Positions 53,362 through 64,000 of a DNA stretch of 64,000 bases are shown here, one piece after another. Made by a program: the position numbers and the translations under genes. Position 1 is the stretch's first letter, and each line of letters begins with the position of its first letter. The stretch is from assembly GCF_026571515.1 (NCBI RefSeq), contig NW_026866967.1, positions 248,001-312,000 of the forward strand. The letters are read 5' to 3'. The stretch is from Ruditapes philippinarum. Taxonomy: Eukaryota. The notes beneath the pieces were generated by a model. The model worked only from the letters and a program-made list of their open reading frames with translations. It had not been told where the DNA came from and made no database searches.

Positions 53362-53540
53362 CGAATTCCCGTTAACAAACACAATTGTCCCTGAAGTCTT
53401 ATCTGAGTGCCAAAGCTATCTGTTACTTCTTTGGAACCTGGTTATTTTCAACTTTTTTTACCGGGAAGTAGACTAGGCACTTGACTGATGGATGAATCAA
53501 AATGTCCGCTATGCTGCTTTCCATGCACACAATGTCCATA
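53362..53540 (+). repeat. Downstream-array block Z, copy 4
   Basis: Closest to copy 1: GAGTGCCAAAGCTATCTGTTACTTC and GGAACCTGGTTATTTTCA are identical. Confidence 0.8.
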
Positions 53541-54132
53541 AATCTTCTAGTATAACATTATATTGCTCTTACTCAAACTCCAGTCTTTTAAGTGCTTTTT
53601 TGGAACCTAATTTTTGCAATATTATTGCACTCATTTGTCATATTAAAGATGACAATAATTGGATTACCTCTCATCCGTCCTTTGTCCTCGTTTTATCTAA
53701 TATATATTTATGTCCCAAATGGGTAAGTGTTGTCAACCGTAATTGACCATTTACTCTACCATCCGTCTGCTTCTTCATAAATTGTTTTAAAGTCAGACTT
53801 TTTGTCTACGGTTGATTTCGATATTATTCATTTATGACTAAAGGTGCAATATATGTTAAACTATAAATCAAGAGCAATAAGTAAATGCGTTAATTTTTTT
53901 TATTCTTTTTTTTTCTTTCATCGCAATGTTTCAACATCTGCTCTTATTGAAATATTTTGGTTTCTGCTAAATACAGTAAAGTTGTTGGCAATGATCGTCG
54001 CTATGGTTAAAAATCCCGGCGATATACCCATATACATTTTGCAATGTCTCTTTAATTTCATCAGAGAAGATTTGCAGATAATGTATCTAGCTTCATTTTA
54101 TGCATTCCTTAAAATCTTTCCTCCTGATCATA

Positions 54133-54331
54133 CGTGTTCTAGATTTTTCTGGTCCTTTTGGATCATTAATGGCAGCACTTGTAAGTGTTGGAAATTGAGA
54201 CTTGATCATACGGCTCAAGCCGGTGCTAGGAGGCTTGAGGGATGTTGGACCTTTTCGTTATCCCCAATGTACAGACTCAAACAAACCGGGTCTGCAATTA
54301 TCATGTATTTTTGTTGTGATAAATGTTTTCG
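54133..54331 (+). repeat. Dispersed ~170-200-bp repeat, copy 3 (core at 54213-54229)
   Basis: TTTTTCTGGTCCTT..GGATCATT…GCTCAAGCCGGTGCTAGG..GCTTGAGGGAT…TTATCCC…AGACTCAA, as at 2327-2490. Confidence 0.75.
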
Positions 54332-56059
54332 TTGGATCACTTTTCCTCCTGATTTTTCAAGAGATCACATGGAAATTGACCATTTTCGTGTTTATCAGTA
54401 ATCATATGTTTAAAAACAATACCATGAAAAAAATACATGTTATGAAAAAAACGCAATGATTCATGTTGCTTGATAAACCGATTAGGGTAAGACTCCACTA
54501 AATTTGAAGAGATATTTGAATGTGAATTACTGCTAAATGATATTTATAATGTATAAAGGTTACAAGAAGTCATTGATACATTTTAACATTAAACAACTGT
54601 TGTGTGGTTATTTATTAAATTTTATTATAAATCAGCTTAATGTATTTCATGATCACTGCAAACACATTTGTAAATGTTTCGAGTACTGGGGAAGCTCAAA
54701 GAAAGCAAGCACTTATAAGTTTAATATGAAATGTCTTAGCTAGTAATTTGTCTTAAAATGTTGATCTTTTGAAGTCTCAATAAAACAACTGTTGCTAGGT
54801 AGACCTGATTCTTAAGCAGTTCCTTTGATGGTTTGTTACCTTTGATGTACGGATGTGCTTGTTGTCTTTGAAAAAATCTATTAAAGAATATCGTCGTTGA
54901 GTATACTGTTGATAAGTTGGCAAACGCAAATTTTATGCGTTAGTTATTATTATTATTACAAAAAAGATATTAGCATTTATCTTTAGATATAGTATTGTGA
55001 TAAAAAATAAACAATTATACAACTATAGTGCAAGTATGGGTAAGCTGCATGTTATTGCATCTACATGTATATTAACATGTATTGTGTATATAATACCTAT
55101 ATGTAAAAAATATTTGCATCAAGGGGCTATGCATAATATATATTTAATTTTGATATCATATTATTAATAGGTAGTTCTCGAGATTGTAAATATTTACTTC
55201 CCTTGTCAAAAGTGGCAGCCATTATTTTTTGTTGGGGGGGGGGGAGCACTATTCTATATTTATATATTTATACAAGTATACAAGTAAGAAAATATGAAGA
55301 AGAAAAAAGTAAAAAGCTGATTTAATTGAATTGTCAAAACAGTATTAAAGCACCGATATGTAACGAGTTTTATCGCTTTAAATTAAAAGTAATAGAATTA
55401 TAAGATTCTTTTATGTTATCTCAAGTATATGATATAATAAGAATGACCTCAACTTTGGCGGAGGGGTAATAATTGATATGTGAAAAAGCATCTACACATA
55501 CTTGTAAAATAGCAGTCTATGTAAATTATGATTATTTAAAAAATCAAACAATAAAACAAACGTTATGATTGTATTTGGTATGTATATATGTAATAGGAAC
55601 ACGTAAACTTTATAATTTCTTGTGAACAATTTATTTTCATTATCAAGGGATAAAAGAAAACGTTAATTACTTTACCAGCAAACCTGCTAATGATCGGGAA
55701 TGTAGTTTACTACTTCCATTTGCTGGGGAATAATTATCAATATTAAGTACTCTGTAGAAATAAAATCAATCGATAATCGTTGCTATTACGTTATTTCGCT
55801 ATGAATTTATGTTCATAATCTATGAAATATAATGATTTATTAATCCAACTTTTATTGCAATAAATCATTTCGAAAATGTGTTCCTTGTCGGCAATTTAAT
55901 GACAAGAAAGTTTAAAAGAAAAAAAAAACAATTTTCCGTTTAAGATTGCATATAATGGTTTCCATATCTGCCTTTAACTTTTTAAAACTTGTTCTTTCTT
56001 CTACAGTTAGCTCTTCATACGATAATGAAAGATTTAAAAACATTTTCAGTATTTTGAAC

Positions 56060-56220
56060 TTGTTTTGTTTGTTTTGACACAATTTAGGACATATGGCGCC
56101 GAAACAGGACTATTGATTTAGGCTAACCACGGTTTTTTTACAACCTTAAAGCAACATCAGATGTCAAAACCAACTCACTTGCTAGAGCCACGAGATGCAT
56201 AAAGCCACGCAGGGTTAAAC
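56060..56220 (-). mobile_element. SINE-like repeat fragment (family of 59490-59690)
   Basis: GTCAAAACCAACTCACTTGCTAGAGCCACGAGATGCATAAA is the reverse complement of TTTATGCATCTCTTGGCTCCAGCAGGTGAGGTGTTTTGAC with few mismatches. Confidence 0.6.
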
Positions 56221-57177
56221 AATGGCTGCACGTCTGATGCCTGAACCTTTTAACATTTATTTGCATCTTCCCGCAAGTCAGGAAATAAAGTTTAGATTTT
56301 ATGTTACTTACGACTAATTTGGTTTACGAATACATTCTAAAACAGTAAGTAAAATATAAGTTATTTCACAATATGAGTTTGAACATAATCATGACTTTAA
56401 CAATAATCTGTATGAGTATATTGAAACCCAAAATAATAAGAATTTGGCTTATATACAATTATACTTTACAAAATACATTTAACGTTCAAAGCATCGTATA
56501 AATTATCTAACAGCATGGCAATTTTTATTCAAGCTTTGGTAAAAAACGAGCAAGCATAAAATGATGATGGTGGGCTATGTTGAATATGTGTTGTTCAAAG
56601 GGAAAAGATACACTGATAACCAAACTAACATGAAAATATGTTGTGTTAACATAAGTAGATTTGCTTTGATATTCCTGTTATTTTAATAAATTTGCTGCAG
56701 CAAAAGTGAGCTGTTTTCTAAATAATTATTCAAGGTTTTTGTAGTGTTGAGGATTAAAAGAAAAGTCAATTCCATCAATAAGAATTATACATACAATACC
56801 CCTTGTGATGCTGAGGGTTACCCGTTTAACCTTGCGTGATAGTAAGAAGCGACTTTATCGTCCAGAATTTATTGTACCATAGTTTGGGGACTTTTCTGTT
56901 GAAAATGTGTGAGAGTTAGAATTTGTGTCCAGAGTCTAAACATGCACAGTACGTTAACTGGAGTGCAGGTATTAGTTACCCGAACTCCAGAGCATGCCCA
57001 TTGATTGGCTCATTTTTGCTGGGGTTTACTTGTGACGGCAGAGAAAAGGTAAGCGACTAGTTATCATATATCGATGCTCGTTTATTGGTTCTTCTTTTAT
57101 GGGGTTTCATATTTTGACAACAGAACAGGGAACGTGTTTTTATGTTTGACAATGATACAAAAGAGAAATAACACCAA

Positions 57178-57243
57178 AACACTCGGCAATCTGATTAATA
57201 CTCGGGGGCTACGCCCCTCGTACAAATCAGATAGCCTCGTGTT
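57178..57243. repeat. Imperfect palindrome (MITE-like centre), followed by a 30-bp fragment of the 59490 repeat at 57262-57290
   Basis: AACACTCGGCAATCTGATT…CTCGGGGGCTACGCCCCTCG…AATCAGATAGCCTCGTGTT. Confidence 0.5.
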
Positions 57244-58027
57244 TCAATGCTCTTTCTATTACTTAGCTCCAGCAGGTGAGGTGATTTTGAAAATACCATT
57301 GAGGTCATGAGATTTATGGGCATCTCCTTGCCTTTTTTTAAGAGACAGACAAAAAGCTAGCTTGTGGTTAAATTGGCCTTTCTTTTTGAAAATCATATAG
57401 TCTAAGAAACGACAGCGGTCAACTTCTGTGTTGTGACATCTAACATCACCCTTTATAGCATGTCATTGCTATCTTTTCTTATCAGTTTTAAGGTCAAAAT
57501 TGTTAGTACTGAATAATAATCTGGGGCGGTGCTAGAGGGTGTAAATGTCATCGCACCTTTCAAATTTTCTAATCTCATTGGTCCAAGAAAAGTTAGCGAA
57601 GCATTTGTTAACATAGCTCATATGTCTGTCCGTTTGGCATTTTTGTTTAAAGAAAAAAGAAAAGAAAAAAGGGATAGAACGTTGCGTTTTATTTCGAAAT
57701 CATCAACGGTTTGCACTTTGGTAATTTGATTTCTGAGATTGTTTTGCATTATATTTATGATGTAAGACTATATTTAAATTAATCTAGTTATCCTTTTACA
57801 TGAATAATACTTTAACTTTTTGGCGATTGGTTATTATAATTATAAAAATGGCAAGGATTCTCTGTCATTATCATCATTATACATGCGCGTAATAGAATGT
57901 TGTAAAACATCACCCTTGCTTTTAATTTGGATAATTTCGTACTGTATTTTCAGGACAAAAATAAAAATGAAAAAATATGAAGGATTTACGTTTATAATTT
58001 TCTAGACTAATTGACTACTATAGTATG

Positions 58028-58210
58028 TAATTGACAGACCTTTTACGTATTCGCTAATTCAATTTTTCGGTATATTGAATTAGACGCATCCTTTGGCTTT
58101 TCGGTTATTTGTTAATTTAGCAAATATTAGCGGCATTTTAGCGTGCATAGTCTTATATTAATATCTCTAGGGAGTAGATTTAGATAAATAAATTAACTTT
58201 TAGGGTGTCT
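58028..58210 (+). repeat. Downstream-array block W, copy
   Basis: Aligns with 50585-50770. Confidence 0.75.
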
Positions 58211-58617
58211 CCTCTCTCTGGAAATGTAATTTTGATGGAAATAACGAGGCACAAGACGAAAGTAAAAAACTGTGCCCATGTTTCTTCATTTCCGTTAAAA
58301 AGTTTGTTATTCGTACGTAAATTGACATCTTTGTGTTTTTTTTTCTTATGTTTTTCAATACACAATCAAAATTGAACAAAGTGTTTAACATTGCTTAAGG
58401 AATAGAGCTTTCAAAAACAGCAACAAAAATATTGCTGCTAAAGGAATCGAAATTTTCAAGAAACAAAGAAAAAAAAAGAAAGAGAAAAAACGAAAATAAA
58501 ACGTGAAAATCGTGCATAATTGAGTTATTTTCGCAAATTAACTGTACGGGTAAGGGATACCGAACTTTTAATGTGTACAGATAAATTTACATACCAGGCT
58601 CTTTTTCATTATTGAAC

Positions 58618-58833
58618 GTCACCGTGGTCGAGGTGTTAGAACCGATGACTTCTAATCCAGTTACCTCTCTGGCGTTGGTTCGAACCCCGGGAGATGCTTT
58701 GGTAGTTTAGCACGGAGGAAGGTAGTCTAGTACTGGTGTAACTCTCCAGGAACGATGGTTGGGAAACTACCCGCCTATATGACTGAAATACTGTTGGGAA
58801 AAGGCGTAAAATGAAACAAACAAACAAACAAAA
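58618..58833 (+). mobile_element. tRNA-derived SINE with (CAAA)n tail
   Basis: A-box-like TGGTCGAGGTG, B-box GGTTCGAACCC, 3' ATGACTGAAATACTGTTG…GGCGTAAA and AAACAAACAAACAAAC tail. Confidence 0.75.
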
Positions 58834-58949
58834 TTAAAACTATTAAACTTTAAATTGTGTATGAGTTTCAACTTTTTTTCCCGCATCCGTTTCGTACACA
58901 GCATTATTTTCAAACAGCTCAAATCAAACACTTGAAACACACGCCTTAG

Positions 58950-59160
58950 GAAGTGTAAACAAATTAAAACACTTGAAAAGGTTTAATTAACCGGATAATA
59001 CCCAATTTCACATTCGTATAGATAACAGTCAGTTTAAACCCGCATAAATTGACAACAAAAAAGCAGTATTATTGCAGAAATTGTGACGCTTAATTATTCA
59101 ATTCAATAAAAGAGTGCCCCTGGGCAGATCATTCGCATTATATGGTTCATTAAACCAACT
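58950..59160 (+). repeat. Downstream-array block X, copy 2
   Basis: Aligns with 46626-46840. Confidence 0.75.
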
Positions 59161-59489
59161 ATGTAGATTCTAATTTGTATTTAATGGAAATTGTGCTTAA
59201 CAAAGCTGAAATACGGAAAAAGCTTTTAACAGTATCATCCATCATAAGAGTGGAGATTCTAAACATTTGAAATTTAAAATAAAAAGTGTTTATATTGTTA
59301 AACTTTTAAATTTCGCTTAGTTTTAGGTCCTTTACTTATTTAGATTGACCTTTTTTAAATATTAAATGAGAGTATATGCATTTTCTTATGTTTGCGTATT
59401 CTTTACGCATTACACTATATATAAAATAGTCATGGTGACTTAATGCTCCTTGTAGCTGAGGAGTTGCCTTTACGGGTCGAGGCATAAAT

Positions 59490-59690
59490 TTTGCCCCTGC
59501 GTGTTCTTTAGAGGCGACTTAATGAGTCCGAATAACTGTAGTTTATGCATCTCTTGGCTCCAGCAGGTGAGGTGTTTTGACCATTTGTGTTGACACCCGA
59601 GGTCTACCAAAATATAATAGTTACAGTATCGGCAATATATGACCTTAAATATATGTTGGTGCGCCGTTAAACTAAACAAACTAAAAAGCT
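59490..59690 (+). mobile_element. SINE/retroposon-like repeat with A-rich tail
   Basis: CCCTGCGTG…AGAGGCGACT, GGCTCCAGCAGGTGAGGTG…ATATGACCTTAA…GGTGCGCCGTTAAACTAAACAAAC. Related pieces at 56060, 56830 and 57262. Confidence 0.6.
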
Positions 59691-59869
59691 AAACACAATT
59701 TATTTATACATTTAAATTTAAAAAAAAATATGTATCATGTATCACCGTTTTCGTTTGATTTACTTTATAAACGTTTCTTTACAGTCATGTCAAACATGTT
59801 TAATTAACGTTTATATACATGTTTATTTAATAAGGAAGATTTTGCGTTCAAACTATGTCCAGAGGGCGT

Positions 59870-59912
59870 GGAGAGTAGCTTGCACTTTCCACTAAAGTGC
59901 AAGCTACTGTCC
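59870..59912. repeat. Perfect hairpin (15-bp arms, 5-nt loop)
   Basis: AGTAGCTTGCACTTT-CCACT-AAAGTGCAAGCTACT (59874-59908). Confidence 0.85.
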
Positions 59913-61214
59913 GTGATCAGGCTCAACCAACCCGAACTTGTATAACTTTCAGTTCTGTTGTTTTAGACTATCTTAAAGTATTCTTTTTCTCTCAATTTCA
60001 ACACTGCAATAGATCTCTTCAGATCGCATTTCATTTCGTGAAGTAAATATTTTCAAATCATCTCAGTTCAATTTGTCAGATTGTGTAATATAAATCGGAT
60101 AATATTGCCTTAACAGTATTTGTGAAAAGAGATGGGATGGATTTAAAACATCTTGAATTCTCCCGGAATCATATCGTTACAATCCAGCGTCCAGAAGAAC
60201 CTACCCAGAAATCGATTAACCATAAATAATCTTCTTTTTCTAGTTTTAAATCTTTCTGTGGCAAATTATTTATTGAAACATGTCAAATAATCATGTAATC
60301 TTAGCGAACAATCTTGGACTGCCTCCAGAACGAGATCAAACCGCAATTTACAGGAATGAATTTGACGGACATTCGAATTAGCATACATACTGCGATTAAG
60401 GTAGAATCACGTGCTTGGATTTCATGTTATTTTCGAGAGGTTGATTTATTTGTTATTTTTGTTTTTTTACATGTATTTACAAAACCTATATGTCTCTAAA
60501 TATGTTACGTTTGGCGTTCTATATGTTTTAAGTGAATTTGAATGCTTGCACAAATTAAAAGGCATCATCTTTTAGATCTATTATCCAACTCTATAGCTAG
60601 ATTTTGATACAAGGCTATATATTAGATTAATAATATTTTATTGTATATTTTGTACATGATAAATTTACACAATCTAACATCATTATCTCCAGCATAAATA
60701 TAATGGTTGGACCAAAAGTTATACCAACATTATCTAGGGTCCTCACCGAAAGGACTGACTATCTTGTTGGCTTATTAATGGTAACATAGTTAGTAAGTAA
60801 GGCAATATACGAGTATTTCAACAGTTCGTGTTGATTGGTAATAACAATTTATCGGAACAGCTTGCATTTCCTTTCAGCCTTGTAAGATGCGCCTTTTATG
60901 TCATAAATACGTAAATGTCGATGAGTAAGAAGCATTTTCTGCTTACACTTCAATTCAAAGGAATGCATTAGCTTATCTAATTTGCATTATTTCTGAAACA
61001 CGGCTTGCATGCATAATAATCTAGAGTACATAGACGGTGATTAAAAATTCAATAACAATTGTTTGACTTTCTACTTTGGGCTATGACAATATACAAATGT
61101 TTCACTAGCAGTAATAAAATTCGACGGGTCTTTTATTTAATTTCTTTCAAGTTTTATTTTACTATATTTGATACTCACTGTAAAAAAATAAAAACAGTTT
61201 TAACTTACCATGTC

Positions 61215-61420
61215 TGTGAAGAATCAATTTCAACACTGATTTGTATAAAATTGGGATTTAACAAGTTTCTCACGGTTCGTGTGGGAAATTTAGATAAATT
61301 GAATCGTTAAATGTGAAATTCAATTTTCTGTATTTTATCCTGTCGCCCTCTTCTTTTTTACTCTCTTGCAAAAATATGATCAATAAAAAAGTTATGTTAC
61401 ACGGTTATAAGGATTATTTA
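61215..61420 (+). repeat. Downstream-array block V, copy 2
   Basis: Aligns with 41765-41950. Confidence 0.65.
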
Positions 61421-63516
61421 TCAGGACCTATTCAAATATTTGCTGAAAAAGATACAATTTCGATTTGAAAGGGTGCTATCATGTATTGTATTTAAAATAA
61501 GACTGCAATTTCAAAGATATTGTTTAGCGTAACTTTAATTACACCTGTCTCGTTTATTTGTAAAGCATTGACTTTAGACAATGACTGGGATGTTTCTTAA
61601 ATGTCAGGTGTTTGTGTTCCGTCTGTAAGGAATAATTTTTAAAGCAATGATCATCATAGAAAATGCCGGATGCAACGAACGGTTTGCCTCGTCCCTAAGT
61701 CTTATACTATCCAAATGCGGCATTTATTTTAAATGGACTTTTTGCAATGGAGTTGCATAATATGTCATAATAGTTATATATCTGCCAAAAGAATTGAATT
61801 TAGAAATAGATCGAGTTTACCAAGAACCTTTTAGTTTAGTAAGAAATTGATTTAGTTTTGTACTCGCTTGTTACCAACGGTGGAGGTTTTTAATATAATT
61901 GCGATGGTTACAAATAACTAGCATTTACATTTACTTTGAATTTTACACAAAAATGGTAGTTATAAGATGGATTAAGCCTAGGAGATAGTAATGCCCCGAA
62001 TATATTCAGTTACAATTTTGAAATAGAGACACCCAGAAATAATTTATGCAGACCAAATAAAACAGAAAAATATACTGAAACTGAAGGCGGATAGCCCTTG
62101 ATGTCAATATAAAGCCAGGCCAGCTTTCATATATATATATATATATAAACGTGTAGCCTTTCCAGGCTATAAACCGTTGTAAGTCTTGTAATTTGATACT
62201 GAAATCAACTCAGAATTTTCTGTTTCAAATTCAAATCAGGGCAAATCCATTAACACAAATTAATCAGGTTTTAAGAATTAAACCTCGTGGAAGAGTGTTT
62301 CTAAAAGTATATATAAAATCAAAATTACATTCTTTAAAACATTGAAATTGACAAAAAATGTATAAACTATTAGATGAGGTAACGGATTGTCTGTCATGAG
62401 TTTGTTTTGATAGTTTGATGCATTTCTGTGATATACCATTATGATCGAACTTTGTTTTGCACGTACTGTTTTGAATCAACTATTTTAGATTTTTAACTTA
62501 CAGTAATGTTTATTAAACGTTGGTAAGGGCGAACTTTTCATTCTGAATTTTGGGAAACAAAGCTATGCTCTATCAGTTACAAAAAAGAGAAAAAATAAAT
62601 GTATTTTTGAAACCATTTAGTTGCTGTAAAATCTCTTTTCACGGGTTGTAGATGTCAATTAGTAAGCCCGTTCATCTTTTGTACAATCTATTCCCGGAAA
62701 CCGTCCAAATTAGAACGGCTTTTACACTAATGTATATCCCTCATTTCTTCCAACAAGATAAGTCTATGTTGCATTAATATGTTTTAACAAAAGCGATAGG
62801 ATTGTGGCAAAGCCTTATCATTTAGAAGACTAGGAGAACAAATGGTGAATCCACCATTTAATTGTTAGAGCGTACAACTCTTGATGATAGTTATTTGAAT
62901 TACGTCCAGTGAAAGCGGTATAAATCACTGCGCAAGAAATATTTACTAACAATAAAAACAACAATTACTCTGTAAAAAAGATGATGTTGGGGGAATTTAT
63001 TAAAGTGTTCCGCAGGTCTGGCTTGTGCACGAACTAGTGATATGATATTTTATACCCAGCCAAAATTTGTAAGTGACAAATTAACAACAACAGACAAAAA
63101 TGTCTGTACTTTTAACAGATTAAAAAACATCGTTTATCAACTTTACAAATAAAGTTTTAACATTACTTACAGGTAAAGATAAAACCATGTATTAATATGT
63201 TAACTGTTTAACTATTCTTGTAAATATGATCATTTGTTGTCCTTTATGCATAGACAGTATTTACATATATTTGTAAATAGATTTATGAGAATCAAATTCA
63301 CATTTTATAAACATTTTGTTTTCTTTAGGTTTCACTGATATTCTCTTTTTGTGAAATGTCTTTTTGATTTTTAACAAATTATGTGGTCCAAAATATTTCT
63401 ATTATTTTATTTTCATAATTGTGCAGGTATATCTTGTGCGCAACTTGTGCAGTTTTGGCTTGATTTTGAAATTCAATATAAAAAACATAAAGAAGCTATA
63501 CTGCCAGTGTACACAT

Positions 63517-63518
<2 letters not shown>

Positions 63519-63549
<31 letters not shown>
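63519..63549. repeat. (TA)n microsatellite
   Basis: Direct reading. It produces the YIYIYI ORFs. Confidence 0.9.
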
Positions 63550-63552
<3 letters not shown>

Positions 63553-64000
63553 TTGCTACGTAATTTGTTCAAATCAGCTGTGCATATTTCGTGTCGACTA
63601 CTAAAATGATAGATCACGAACAGTTGGCATTGTTTGACACTGCTTATCACTTATAGGACTGAATTGATAACTAAAAGATATCAGCTTGGTAGAATTAATG
63701 TGTCTGGAGGTTTTGCTAGATCTAGCTCTGATTCTGCCGAATTCTAGAGATGATGTATGCTCCATAAAACTGGAATAATTGTGTATTTTACAACACCTTC
63801 ATATTGATTGGAGTGTTTCTTTTCAGTGATTTGAGAGAATTTTGTCTGATACTTCAATTTAATTTCGGAACACACGAAAACAAAAACATGCATATCAAGT
63901 CAGAATATGAATTTCGTCAGTAAAAACTAAGTGTTTTCATCGAATGTTTAACTGTGAACAGGTCTTATATATAGTGCACCCTTTCAAGCAAATCAATATA

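Noticed and set aside
53690-53728. FYLIYIYVPN followed by GTAAGT, resembling the end of a sixth cassette
   Set aside because: The donor would be phase 2, and there is no upstream Cys/ExC or VCPQ. Likely chance in AT-rich DNA.
53844-54401. 185-aa ORF sharing AQAGAR.LEG with ORF 2389-2622
   Set aside because: Non-ATG start and low-complexity F/I-rich composition. The similarity is due to the dispersed non-coding repeat, whose copies differ by indels.
28418-64000. Search for the constant exons (PVMVxIHG, NYRLG, GxSxG/GxGxG, TM segment)
   Set aside because: None in the ORF track or seen by eye. Candidate acceptors at ~56006 and ~63328 give stops in phase 1. Short exons could have been missed.

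Overview
AT-rich eukaryotic genomic DNA, probably an invertebrate. The SINE/MITE content looks molluscan (bivalve-like), which is an inference. The only convincing coding sequence is five paralogous, same-strand exons of about 480-510 nt (ATG at 5444, 11546, 16843, 24313, 27941). Each encodes a signal peptide plus the N-terminal ~160-170 aa of a neuroligin-like carboxylesterase/cholinesterase-fold domain. Each ends at the same protein position (…CLxxNxxVPxx-G) in a phase-1 AG|GTA(A/G) splice donor. I found no downstream exon of the domain (no PVMVxIHGG, NYRLG, GxS/xG or TM segment) between the copies or in the remaining 35 kb. Each exon has its own ~1-2 kb upstream region with shared conserved non-coding motifs. 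The layout therefore looks like a clustered-protocadherin/UGT1A/sDscam-style array of variable first exons, each probably with its own promoter, spliced to shared constant exons beyond the window. I know of no such architecture described for neuroligins. Copy 5 has a 1-nt frameshift. The downstream 36-62 kb holds a second, non-coding array of about five diverged duplicated units. The rest is SINEs, palindromic MITE-like elements and microsatellites.
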